Positions 9,016 to 18,262 of a stretch of 64,000 nt of DNA are shown piece by piece (the stretch's first letter is position 1; each line of letters begins with the position of its first letter). The notes under the pieces were generated by a model. The model was not told where the DNA came from and did no database searches. It was given only the letters and a program-made list of their open reading frames with translations. Origin of the DNA: a bacterium (GTDB taxonomy: Bacteria; Zhuqueibacterota; Zhuqueibacteria; Residuimicrobiales; Krinioviventaceae); NCBI GenBank assembly GCA_963693055.1, contig OY843751.1, forward strand, positions 3,392,001 to 3,456,000, given 5' to 3'. The position numbers were made by a program, and so were the translations under genes.

Positions 9016-10074
9016 TTAGCCACTAAAAAAGACAACCCATACCCAATCTATCAACAAATGTACTATGGCAGCAGCCATAATTTTTTTAGTTTTCACATAG
9101 GTTAATCCATAAGCATATCCTGCAATAGTTGCAAGGAGAATATAAGCCCACGGCATATGCCAAACACCCAAAGATCCCAAACTTATATCCAAAAAGGGAG
9201 CATTGCTGTTATTACCATGAGCAAGGCCGAATATTATTGACGAAATGACAAGTGCTTTTGTTTCAGCATTTTTTATTCCGTTCATTCGCCTCTGTATCAA
9301 ATTGTGAATAACGCCGCGAAAGAGCAATTCTTCAGGTATGGCCACAAAAAACAGGATTGTAACTAGACTGGAAACCATAAATCCCAGATCAAGAGAGTCA
9401 TCAGAAAAACGGATAAAATTAACCGCCATACCCAATACCAGGATGACCATACAAACAATCAGGAAATTTATAATTGCGGTTTGCCATTCCTTGTGTTTCA
9501 GGTTATATGTATATCCTACATCGGGCAATTGACGGATTACCAGATAATCATAAAACAACAACAGTAATCCAACCAAATGATATACCGCAATTCCACCATT
9601 CGGGGGTAAACTGGCAGAGGGAATTAAACCAAATTCTATAGGAAGCCATAATAATAAAATGATAGCAGCATCAATAGGTAAAAACTTTTTTTCTTTACCT
9701 CTTAAAAACTGCATCAAAAAAACAGGCAGCAGACAATAAATCAAACCGATACCAAGAATAAAAAATGCAAACGGGCCAGTCAGAACGGTATACAAGCTGG
9801 CAATAATCCATAAAGAAAAGGGGAAATACCATATGGTTGTTGGTTTATCATCCACATATTTTTGCAATATCTTGACAAGTGTACTACTTGAAAAAAAGAT
9901 ATAAATAGAAATCAGCACAAGAAAAACCAAAAAGCTGGTTAACAGTTCACCAACTGACAGTTGCATACGCAACACACTAAATGCATATGTGAATGCAAGA
10001 ATAGCAATAATGATAAGAGAAGAACGAATGTCTTTACTGAGCGATTGACGTTGATAATCTTTTAAAGCAACCAT
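9016..10074 (-). CDS. CPBP (CAAX/Abi) intramembrane glutamic endopeptidase
   Basis: Multiple TM segments; PEELLFRG, FGLAH and AAAIVH motifs; RBS GGAGG before MVALKD. Confidence 0.85.
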   Translation of the reverse strand: MVALKDYQRQSLSKDIRSSLIIIAILAFTYAFSVLRMQLSVGELLTSFLVFLVLISIYIFFSSSTLVKILQKYVDDKPTTIWYFPFSLWIIASLYTVLTGPFAFFILGIGLIYCLLPVFLMQFLRGKEKKFLPIDAAIILLLWLPIEFGLIPSASLPPNGGIAVYHLVGLLLLFYDYLVIRQLPDVGYTYNLKHKEWQTAIINFLIVCMVILVLGMAVNFIRFSDDSLDLGFMVSSLVTILFFVAIPEELLFRGVIHNLIQRRMNGIKNAETKALVISSIIFGLAHGNNSNAPFLDISLGSLGVWHMPWAYILLATIAGYAYGLTYVKTKKIMAAAIVHLLIDWVWVVFFSG

Positions 10075-10102
10075 TAATGGTCCCTCCTGTTTTATAGAAA
10101 AC

Positions 10103-10131
10103 AATATAAGAAATTCAACAACGTCTTTCAA
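10103..10131 (-). promoter_or_regulatory. sigma70-type promoter TTGAAA-N17-TATATT for the CPBP operon
   Basis: Exact 17-nt spacer; same -10 hexamer as the promoters at 869 and 55585. Confidence 0.6.
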
Positions 10132-10132
10132 T

Positions 10133-10168
10133 AAAAAGGTTGTCCCGGTTATCATCAAACCGGGACAG
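10133..10168 (-). terminator. Intrinsic terminator after lysA
   Basis: TGTCCCGGTT/AACCGGGACA stem followed by ACCTTTTT on the minus strand, about 12 nt after the lysA stop. Confidence 0.7.
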
Positions 10169-10179
10169 TTTGGCAAGAG

Positions 10180-11496
10180 CTACTTCAAAGGTACTTCATT
10201 TTGTATCATTTGTTCAACAGTTTGTTTTTTACGAACAATCTGTGTTTCACCGGATACCTTGAATAAAATTTCGGGGGTTTGAGAGTATGAATTATAATTG
10301 TGGAGCGCCATACCTGAGCAATAAGCACCACTTCCACCAATTACTACATGATCACCTATTTCAGGATCAGCCATCACTCGTGGAACAATATGCCCGTGAT
10401 CATCCAAACACTGAGAGTCTCCGGTTTCACAGCAACGTCCCACAACAACACGCTGGTCCTGTTCAGGATCCAGGTCATACAAATCAAATTCAGAAGATAA
10501 TATTTCACCATCATGAGCTACAACATAAAACGGATGCTGAGATCCATACAATAGTGGTCGGGTGTTGGATTCCATACCACCATCCAGAACCAGAAAACGG
10601 AACCCATCTTCACCAGTTTGTTTTTTATCGATTACCGTAGTTACCAGGTAACCCGCATTGGCTATCATAAACGTGCCGGGCTCAATTTCCATAACCAGTT
10701 TACGACCGGTCTTTTGATAAAATGCTTCCAGATGCTCAGTAGCATATTTACCCAATTTATCAATATCTGCTGCATATTCGTCAGGCATACGTGCTTCTTT
10801 GAATCCACCACCAAAGTTGATGGTGGTTGCTTTGGGAAACCATTTTTCAACAAAATCCAGTTCACGGTCAATACTGTCGCGCCATTCATCTGGATCACCA
10901 CCGGAACCGACATGATTATGGACCGTGTCAAACACCAAACCTTTTTCATTTGCAAATTTCATGGCATCATCCAGTTCGGTTATATGTACACCAAAGCTGG
11001 CATACTTGTCACCCGTATTGCGAGATTCAGATTCTCCTGTACCCACACCGGGATGAATACGCATGGAAAGCTTGATATTCTTTTGCGACGCAAAGTCTGC
11101 AATTAATTTTAATTGACGTAATGAACAGACATTGTATTTCAAGCCTTCAAGAATCATTTGTTCCATAGCTTCGCGATCATTGCCCATGGGTACTTCTTGC
11201 GTTGTCAGCATAATATCTTTATAAGGTATACCTGCCAGATATGCTCTTCGTACTTCATTTAATGAACTGGCATCAATATGACAACCTTGTTTATGCAAAA
11301 GCTGCAATATGGCCATATTGGGATTTGCCTTCATTGCATAACTTACTCCAAGTCCATACGCGTTAGGCATGGAAAGTACCTGGTTGCACTTTTCAAGAAT
11401 TAGTGCTTCGTCATACAAGTAAAAGGGAGTTTGAAATTCAGAAACAGTGCTGGCAATCACATCACCGGTAACCATTCCATGACCTGATAATAACAT
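10180..11496 (-). CDS. lysA: Diaminopimelate decarboxylase
   Basis: YAMKAN, HNHVGSG, NFGGG, EPG, GRCCETGD, SGAY; last gene of the dap operon. Confidence 0.88.
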   Translation of the reverse strand: MLLSGHGMVTGDVIASTVSEFQTPFYLYDEALILEKCNQVLSMPNAYGLGVSYAMKANPNMAILQLLHKQGCHIDASSLNEVRRAYLAGIPYKDIMLTTQEVPMGNDREAMEQMILEGLKYNVCSLRQLKLIADFASQKNIKLSMRIHPGVGTGESESRNTGDKYASFGVHITELDDAMKFANEKGLVFDTVHNHVGSGGDPDEWRDSIDRELDFVEKWFPKATTINFGGGFKEARMPDEYAADIDKLGKYATEHLEAFYQKTGRKLVMEIEPGTFMIANAGYLVTTVIDKKQTGEDGFRFLVLDGGMESNTRPLLYGSQHPFYVVAHDGEILSSEFDLYDLDPEQDQRVVVGRCCETGDSQCLDDHGHIVPRVMADPEIGDHVVIGGSGAYCSGMALHNYNSYSQTPEILFKVSGETQIVRKKQTVEQMIQNEVPLK

Positions 11497-11507
11497 ATAA
11501 TTGTATC

Positions 11508-12740
11508 CTATTCTAATCTCAAATTTTCTTTAATACTTTTAACTGCTGCTTTAATATCATCCAAATGTCCAAATGCACTCAACCGGAAAAAACCTTCACC
11601 ACTGGACCCAAAACCTGAACCCGGTGTACCAACAACATGAGTTTCGGTTAACAGCTTGTCAAAAAACTCCCATGATGTTAAACCATTGGGGGTTTTCATC
11701 CAGATATATGGAGCATTATCTCCACCGAAAACGGTAATTCCCAGCTCTTGTAAACCTGAACGAATGATCTTTGCATTGTTCATGTAATAATCAACTAGTC
11801 CCATACATTCTTTCATACCCTGTTCGGATAATGAAGCAAGGCCTCCCTCCTGCACAACATTAGCTGCTCCATTAAAAAAAGTAGATTGACGACGGTTCCA
11901 TAATGCATTAACTTTGCCTGGTTCGGCATCTTCGGTTACCAATGCTTCCGGCACAATAGCCCAACCCAAACGAACGCCGGTAAAACCGGCAACCTTGGAA
12001 AAGCTGTTAATCTCTATTGCGCATTCTTTTGCACCTTTTACCTCGAATATTGTACGGGGTAATGACGGATCTTTAACAAATGCAGAATATGCCGCATCAA
12101 AAATGATAACGGATTTGTTTTCGCGAGCATAGTCCACAAAAGTTTTTAACTGCGCGTGTGTTGCCACAGTACCTGTAGGATTATTGGGACTGCAAAGATA
12201 GATGAGATCTGCTTTTTCTTTTGGCAGATCAGAGAAAAAGCCGTTTTCTTCATTACATGGCATATAAATCAAACCATCATAGCAACCTTTATCCGGATTA
12301 TATTCACCGGTTCGTCCGGCAATAACATTGGTATCAACATATACCGGGTAAGCAGGGTCCTGAACAGCAACTACATTACTCTGTGCGAAAATCGATTGAA
12401 TATTACCTGCATCAGGTTTTGCTCCATCACTCACAAAAAACTCACTTACATCCAGATCTACATTGTAGGTTTTGTACAAAGCCTGCAATGCTTCACGTAA
12501 CCGAACATCACCCTGTTCATCACCATAACCGGAATAGGTGTCAATATTTGCCAGCTTATCTACACCCAAATGCAATCCTTTTACCACTTCCGGGGTCAGC
12601 GGCTCAGTGGTATTTCCAATTCCCAGTTTCATTATCTTTGCATTGGGATTATTTTCGAGGAACAATCGGGTGCGCTTCGCAATTTCGGGAAACAGATAAC
12701 CTGCAGCCAGTTTATTATAATTTGAATTTATTTTTGCCAT
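11508..12740 (-). CDS. dapL: LL-diaminopimelate aminotransferase
   Basis: GYLFPEIA, LGIGNTTEP, SDGAK, DPAYPVY, CSPNNPTG, DAAY, SFSKVAGFTGVRLG, GTPGSGFG. Confidence 0.93.
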   Translation of the reverse strand: MAKINSNYNKLAAGYLFPEIAKRTRLFLENNPNAKIMKLGIGNTTEPLTPEVVKGLHLGVDKLANIDTYSGYGDEQGDVRLREALQALYKTYNVDLDVSEFFVSDGAKPDAGNIQSIFAQSNVVAVQDPAYPVYVDTNVIAGRTGEYNPDKGCYDGLIYMPCNEENGFFSDLPKEKADLIYLCSPNNPTGTVATHAQLKTFVDYARENKSVIIFDAAYSAFVKDPSLPRTIFEVKGAKECAIEINSFSKVAGFTGVRLGWAIVPEALVTEDAEPGKVNALWNRRQSTFFNGAANVVQEGGLASLSEQGMKECMGLVDYYMNNAKIIRSGLQELGITVFGGDNAPYIWMKTPNGLTSWEFFDKLLTETHVVGTPGSGFGSSGEGFFRLSAFGHLDDIKAAVKSIKENLRLE

Positions 12741-12756
12741 AAAAATTTCCTTGTTG

Positions 12757-13611
12757 TCAAATTTGCGTTTCAAATACTTCCGGAACAATAACACCTTCAC
12801 CAATCCGGGTTACCGGACCGGTCATAACAATATCAAAATCATCCGAGATTTTTATAGACAGCACACCACCGGGCGAATGCACAGTGATATCATTATCACA
12901 CAGACCCAGTTTGTGCGCAACAGAAGCTGCGGCACTGCTGCTGCTTCCTGATGCCAAAGTATAGCCTGCACCACGTTCCCATATCTCTATCTGAATATTG
13001 TTTCGATCAAGCACTTTTAAAAACTGTACATTAATCTTGTTTGGAAACATTTCATGCGTTTCCAAAACGGGGCCATATTTCACAGCCAGTTCTTTGGAAA
13101 TTTCATCCAATGGAACAATACAATGGGGGTTGCCAATAGAGGCGGCACAAAAAGTAAATGTGCGCTCAAGCGCCTCTATCGGCTCTTGGATCACCTGACG
13201 GGGTTCACCTGCAACAGGTATTTCATTACTGGTAAAGGTAATCCGCCCCATTTCAACAGTTATACGTTTTCCATTATCCATCACTTTAGACTCAACCAGC
13301 CCACCGGGAGTATCAATGGTAAAGGGCTTATCAGACACCTTTTTCATGTCCCATAAATAGCGTGAAAAAATTCGTAAACCATTTCCACTTTTTTCTGCTT
13401 CGCTTCCATCAGGATTATAAATTCTTAATCCGAATTCTCCTTTATCCGAAGGCAGCGGGCCATACAAGATGCCATCCGAACCAATTCCAAAATTACGATG
13501 GCATATAACTTTGATCTGGTGCTCGGTAAAACCCGGACCAAAATCTGCAGGATCGATCACAATATAATCGTTACCCAAAGCATGATATTTAAAAAATCTT
13601 ATATTTTCCAT
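12757..13611 (-). CDS. dapF: Diaminopimelate epimerase
   Basis: KYHALGNDY, GIGSDG, NPDGSEAEKSGNG, GNPH, WERGAGYTLASGS; Ser at both positions where canonical DapF has catalytic Cys. Confidence 0.88.
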   Translation of the reverse strand: MENIRFFKYHALGNDYIVIDPADFGPGFTEHQIKVICHRNFGIGSDGILYGPLPSDKGEFGLRIYNPDGSEAEKSGNGLRIFSRYLWDMKKVSDKPFTIDTPGGLVESKVMDNGKRITVEMGRITFTSNEIPVAGEPRQVIQEPIEALERTFTFCAASIGNPHCIVPLDEISKELAVKYGPVLETHEMFPNKINVQFLKVLDRNNIQIEIWERGAGYTLASGSSSSAAASVAHKLGLCDNDITVHSPGGVLSIKISDDFDIVMTGPVTRIGEGVIVPEVFETQI

Positions 13612-13621
13612 TCATTCTCTC

Positions 13622-14515
13622 TTAGATCAGATTCATTTCTTTTAATACTGCTGCCAATTTATCTTTACTTTCCTGCTTCATTCCCACAAGTGGCAATCTG
13701 ACGTTTGCACCGTCAATCTTGCCCATCATTTGAAGGGCAGTTTTAGCAGGCACAGGATTAGTTTCTATAAAATTTATTTCCATCAGGTTTAATAATTTAT
13801 AATGGAGTTCTCGGGCCTTGTCCCAGTTGCCATCAAGAGCATAATGTACCATATCACTCAACATTTTTGGGGTTTCGTTGGCAACTACGGAAATAATTCC
13901 ATCACCACCCAGGGCCATCATGGCCAAAGAAATTGCATCATCTCCCGAGAGTACAAGAAAATCCTGAGGACGATCTTGAAGTATTGCCATAATCTGGTTA
14001 AAATTACCGCTGGCTTCCTTAACTGCAATAATATTTGGTATCTGTGCCAAACGTAATGTTGTTTCAGCAGATATATTACTGCTGGTCCGCCCAGGAACAT
14101 TGTACAAAACGACAGGAACGTTAATAGCTTCTGCAATGGTCTTAAAATGCTGGTACAGACCTTCCTGGGTCGGTTTATTGTAATAAGGAGCAACAGACAA
14201 CACTGCATCTGCGCCGGCTTTTTCAGCAAATTTTGAAAGTGAAATGGCCTCTGTTGTAGAATTACTACCTGCACCACACAGAACAGGTACGCGTCCATTC
14301 ACATGAGAAATAGTGGTTTCAATAACTTTTTGATGTTCTTCATGGGACATGGTTGCACTTTCACCTGTGGTTCCACAGGTCAAAATCACATCTGTTCCCT
14401 GTTCAATCTGCCAATCCAATAATCGCTTATAACCTTCATAATCAATATCACCATTGTTCATAAACGGGGTGATGATCGCTACGGAAGAACCGCGAAATCT
14501 GGAAGCATCCATCAT
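13622..14515 (-). CDS. dapA: 4-hydroxy-tetrahydrodipicolinate synthase
   Basis: GTTGES, PYYNKP, LYNVPGRT, VKEASG, SGDD, ETNP. Confidence 0.95.
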   Translation of the reverse strand: MMDASRFRGSSVAIITPFMNNGDIDYEGYKRLLDWQIEQGTDVILTCGTTGESATMSHEEHQKVIETTISHVNGRVPVLCGAGSNSTTEAISLSKFAEKAGADAVLSVAPYYNKPTQEGLYQHFKTIAEAINVPVVLYNVPGRTSSNISAETTLRLAQIPNIIAVKEASGNFNQIMAILQDRPQDFLVLSGDDAISLAMMALGGDGIISVVANETPKMLSDMVHYALDGNWDKARELHYKLLNLMEINFIETNPVPAKTALQMMGKIDGANVRLPLVGMKQESKDKLAAVLKEMNLI

Positions 14516-14532
14516 AACATCCTTTCTTTTTA

Positions 14533-15258
14533 TCATGACTGGTTCATGTCGTTCATAAAATCATCCATTGTAAAAACCCCCTTTTTCCCAATCAGCCATT
14601 CTGCGGCAAGCACAGATCCAAAAGCAAAACCTTCGCGACTATGTGCCTGATGACGAAGAGTTATGGTATCGTAAGCAGAATCAAAACCGATTTCATGGGT
14701 ACCCGGTATACGTCCCACCCGGGACGAGGTTACATGTAAACTTTTAGGATTAATTACTCCATGACTGGTTTCAAAAAAAGGGTTATCTTTATATTCAAGG
14801 TTTTCCAGCAATACCTCTGTCAGCTTTTTAGCAGTGCCACTGGGGCTGTCTGCTTTGCCAGTATGGTGCCATTCATGCAAATAACAATCATAGCTATCAA
14901 GTTTAGCCATGAGTTTTGCTGCCGCTTGTACAATTTTAGTAAACTGGTAAACACCAATAGAAAAATTGGGGCTTGTAATCATTGTTAGGTTCTCAATCGC
15001 TACTGCTTTATCATAATCATCAAGCCAGCCGGTAGTACCTTCAACAATGGGAACACCCAAACCAGCGGCTGTTTGCAGATTGTTCATAACTGCACCTGCA
15101 AGTGTAAAATCGATCAAAACCTCAGCACCGTTAAGATCAGAATTTAAATCAAACGGCTGATCAACATCAAAAACTGCGTTTATGGAATGACCTCGGGATT
15201 TTGCAATATCTTCTACCTGATGCCCCATTCGGCCGTATCCTAAAATACCTAATTTCAT
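14533..15258 (-). CDS. dapB: 4-hydroxy-tetrahydrodipicolinate reductase
   Basis: GYGRMG, IDFT, GTTG, NFSIG, EWHHTGKADSPSGTA, HSREGFAFG. Confidence 0.93.
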   Translation of the reverse strand: MKLGILGYGRMGHQVEDIAKSRGHSINAVFDVDQPFDLNSDLNGAEVLIDFTLAGAVMNNLQTAAGLGVPIVEGTTGWLDDYDKAVAIENLTMITSPNFSIGVYQFTKIVQAAAKLMAKLDSYDCYLHEWHHTGKADSPSGTAKKLTEVLLENLEYKDNPFFETSHGVINPKSLHVTSSRVGRIPGTHEIGFDSAYDTITLRHQAHSREGFAFGSVLAAEWLIGKKGVFTMDDFMNDMNQS

Positions 15259-15266
15259 AATAATCC

Positions 15267-16655
15267 TTAATTATTGTCTGCAAAAATATTTTTATCATAA
15301 TCTCCGCCAAAGAAATAATTATGCAAAGATTTGATAACTTTTTCAAGATCAGATTCATTGATAACAAAACTAAGATTAATCTCTGAAGCGCCCTGTGAAA
15401 TCATATGAATATGCACATCATCTACCAGATTAAAAATCTTGGCCGGCATTCCGGGAGTTCTTTTCAAATTTTCACCTACAAGGCAAACAATAGCATTATC
15501 GTGAGCTATATTTACAACTGCAAACGCGTTCAATTCCTGTGTAATTTCATCCAGATGTTCGGTACTATCAATGGTAATAGATACACTGACCTCGGAAGTA
15601 GATACAAGATCAACAGCTGTTTTATATTTTTCAAAGATATTAAAAATCGATGCCATAAAACCATGTGCCATCAACATTCGGGTGCTGTGTACGGTTATAA
15701 CCGTTAACGCTTCTTTATACGCTATAGATTTAACAACACATTCTTCCTCGGTCATTTTATCAGATGGCGCAATCTTGGTCCCATCTTTTTCCGGGTGCAT
15801 TGAATTTAATACATAAACCGGCACGCCTTTGGCAACTGCCGGTAACATGGTAGAAGGATGTAAGACTTTGGCCCCAAAATAAGCCAACTCGGCTGCTTCA
15901 TCAAAGCTCATTAATAAAATGCGTTTTGCTTCGGGCAATAAAGATGGATCAGCAGTTAAAACTCCACTCACATCCGTCCAAATTTCAACAGCTTCCGCAC
16001 CTATCATGGCACCAACCAGAGATGCTGAATAATCAGAGCCGCCTCTGCCAAGTGTAGTTATCTTGCCGTTCTCATCACGGCCAATGAATCCCTGCATAAC
16101 CGGAATTTTGCCTTCCTGCACAAGCGGTAACAGGATTCGTTTAGCATTTTCTGTTGAAGGGCCATCCTTTGGCAGCGCACTGCCATAATTCGAGTCAGTC
16201 ACCAATATATCTCTGGCATCTGCCATAATACCATTCATGCCGATTTTATCCATATAAGCAGCAAGAATATTGGATGATAAATATTCACCAATGCTTAACA
16301 ACTCGTCAATCAAATCTTTAGCAGGATTTCCTGCATAAGATAGTGCCTCACACACTGATTGAAGCTGCTCAATTGTATCATCCAGACGGGTTTTTAAAAG
16401 CGCATTATCATCAACCTGTAAATCATTAATTATCGTCTGATGACGATTTCTTATTTCAGACAAAATTCCTTTAACATTATCCAAATCACCTTTAACAGCA
16501 GTCTTGCTCAAAGCCACAAGATTATCGGTAAGGCCGCCAACTGCCGATACAACAATTACAGGTGATTTATCTTGACGGGATTGAATAATTTCTGTAACCC
16601 GACGCATAGCTGCAGCATCGGCAACCGATGTTCCGCCGAATTTCATTACGATCAT
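15267..16655 (-). CDS. lysC: Lysine-sensitive aspartate kinase (AKIII type)
   Basis: MKFGGTSV, TLGRGGSD, WTDVSG, GAKVLHP, two ACT domains; ATGA overlap with the upstream gene. Confidence 0.93.
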   Translation of the reverse strand: MIVMKFGGTSVADAAAMRRVTEIIQSRQDKSPVIVVSAVGGLTDNLVALSKTAVKGDLDNVKGILSEIRNRHQTIINDLQVDDNALLKTRLDDTIEQLQSVCEALSYAGNPAKDLIDELLSIGEYLSSNILAAYMDKIGMNGIMADARDILVTDSNYGSALPKDGPSTENAKRILLPLVQEGKIPVMQGFIGRDENGKITTLGRGGSDYSASLVGAMIGAEAVEIWTDVSGVLTADPSLLPEAKRILLMSFDEAAELAYFGAKVLHPSTMLPAVAKGVPVYVLNSMHPEKDGTKIAPSDKMTEEECVVKSIAYKEALTVITVHSTRMLMAHGFMASIFNIFEKYKTAVDLVSTSEVSVSITIDSTEHLDEITQELNAFAVVNIAHDNAIVCLVGENLKRTPGMPAKIFNLVDDVHIHMISQGASEINLSFVINESDLEKVIKSLHNYFFGGDYDKNIFADNN

Positions 16656-17650
16656 ATACTTGTTTCCTTTATCAATTTTCCAACAATATTCTCCAGATCC
16701 TGTACTCCGCATTCAAGATCAGATTTACGAATATATTCATCATCACAATGGGCTACATCAATAGAACCAGGGCCATACAATAATATCTTGCCCAGAGGAC
16801 GTAGGTATGAAGCGTCTGTTCCAAAACTGACAATTGATTTTTCAAATCCTTCAACAGTATAGAGATGCAAAGGCTCAGATTCGCTTAAATATTCAATACG
16901 AATTTTTTCAGTTTTAATAGTATTAATGATATTTTTGATATCATTAACCGATGTGGACACACGAAAAATACCTTCAACACTGGCAGCAGGTGCAATAACA
17001 TTCATTCCACTTCCACCGGAAATTTTTCCAAAATTCAGGGTAGACGCTCCAAATACAGGATCAACACCCCAATCCGTCTCCAACCATTGCGTCATATATT
17101 GTACAAGACGGTGAATTGCAGAATCACCATTATCAGGATTACAAGAATGACCGCCTTTTCCTGATGCTTGAATTCGAAATACAATGGTACCTTTTTGTCC
17201 GGCAACCAGTTTGTTTTCTGTTGGCTCGCCAATAATCACATATCTGGATTCCAGATCCAAACGAGCTGCCATTTTAGCACCATCAGAATCCAGTTCTTCA
17301 CCCACAACAAAGAGCAAACCAAAATTCTGTATACCTTTAGAACGCAAACGATCACCGGCTTCAACCATTGCAACAATCTGACCTTTTGCATCACATGCGC
17401 CTCTTCCAAATATTTTTTCTTCTGTTTTACTATACTCACAAAATGGCAATACGGTATCCATATGTGAATTGAGAAGAACGATTGGAGTATCATCTGTCAA
17501 GGCAAGAACATTGAATCTGTCTTTAGTAACTGGCTGCGCAGTAACATGATATCCCTTTTGCTTTAACAGATCCAGCAAGAATTGACCAACCTCCCCCTCC
17601 TGCCTGGAAGGTGATGGTATACGGATCATATTTTCAAGCAAAGAGATCAT
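16652..17650 (-). CDS. M20/ArgE/DapE family metallo-amidohydrolase
   Basis: SHMDTV, GRGACDAKG, GEE, GEPT, GPGSIDVAH. Confidence 0.85.
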   Translation of the reverse strand: MISLLENMIRIPSPSRQEGEVGQFLLDLLKQKGYHVTAQPVTKDRFNVLALTDDTPIVLLNSHMDTVLPFCEYSKTEEKIFGRGACDAKGQIVAMVEAGDRLRSKGIQNFGLLFVVGEELDSDGAKMAARLDLESRYVIIGEPTENKLVAGQKGTIVFRIQASGKGGHSCNPDNGDSAIHRLVQYMTQWLETDWGVDPVFGASTLNFGKISGGSGMNVIAPAASVEGIFRVSTSVNDIKNIINTIKTEKIRIEYLSESEPLHLYTVEGFEKSIVSFGTDASYLRPLGKILLYGPGSIDVAHCDDEYIRKSDLECGVQDLENIVGKLIKETSI

Positions 17651-17665
17651 TGAACACCACTATAT

Positions 17666-17707
17666 AAAAAAAAAGGTTGAAAGAATGGAGAACCGTTTCA
17701 ATCAACC
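17666..17707 (-). terminator. Riboswitch expression-platform terminator
   Basis: GGTTGA...TCAACC stem followed by 9 U, between the aptamer and the first gene. Confidence 0.7.
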
Positions 17708-17729
17708 AACTAATGAGTTATCAGCCTGT

Positions 17730-17908
17730 CAACTAATAGCGCTCCACGGCTTTTTTCTCCGTGACAGTCCGGCAGTTATTCACATACCGACCCAACAATA
17801 CACATTCGCAGTTGTGTATTGTTTCGGCCTGTTATCCTTTCACATGTTGTCTACAAAACTGCAATCTCTCAAACATGTTACTTTTATAACAAGCACCTCT
17901 ATCAAGTC
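17730..17908 (-). ncRNA. Lysine riboswitch (L-box) aptamer
   Basis: Minus strand ATAGAGGTGC...AAAGG...GCCGAAA...TTGGG...GAATA...GACTGTC...GGAGCGCTA, about 178 nt, upstream of the dap/lys operon. Confidence 0.9.
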
Positions 17909-17912
17909 AATA

Positions 17913-17941
17913 AACATACAAAAAATAGTATAAATTTGCAA
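17913..17941 (-). promoter_or_regulatory. sigma70-type promoter TTGCAA-N17-TATGTT for the lysine operon
   Basis: Predicted +1 falls at the 5' end of the riboswitch P1 stem. Confidence 0.55.
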
Positions 17942-18064
17942 CTTGTTTATTTTAAATTACAAGATATTACAAATGAAACACACAAAAAAAAACAATATAT
18001 ATTTGCAATATTTCATCACAAACTGTTGTTCTAATCACAAATCAAACTATATGGGAGGAATAAT

Positions 18065-18262
18065 ATGTTAAATACAATTGGAGAATTGTCTGGTAATATT
18101 TGGAAAGTACTAGATGATAAAGGTGAACTAACATTAGTTAAATTGAAAAAATCTTTAGACGCAGATGATTTTTCTCTCTACACTGCACTGGGTTGGCTGG
18201 CTAGAGAAGATAAAATCAATATTGATAAATCCGGACGTTCAGTCAAAATATCATTAAAATAA
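18065..18262 (+). CDS. Small winged-helix protein (DUF2582-like)
   Basis: IGELSGNIWKVL...ALGWLAREDKI signature; RBS GGAGG. Confidence 0.8.
   Translation: MLNTIGELSGNIWKVLDDKGELTLVKLKKSLDADDFSLYTALGWLAREDKINIDKSGRSVKISLK

Noticed and set aside
5532-10180. RiPP precursor peptide for the ATP-grasp/CPBP cluster
   Set aside because: Intergenic gaps are too small and no short ORF with an RBS or repeated core motif was seen
5532-17650. Idea that the CPBP/GNAT/ATP-grasp/ATE genes belong to the lysine-riboswitch operon
   Set aside because: A terminator (10133-10168) and a separate promoter (10103-10131) lie between lysA and the CPBP gene
17685-18034. Plus-strand ORFs of 82 and 71 aa, or a leader peptide
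   Set aside because: They lie antisense to the lysine riboswitch and its promoter; no recognisable protein features
18000-18042. ATCACAAA direct repeat or Rex-like half-sites upstream of the DUF2582 gene
   Set aside because: Poor palindrome in AT-rich DNA; could arise by chance
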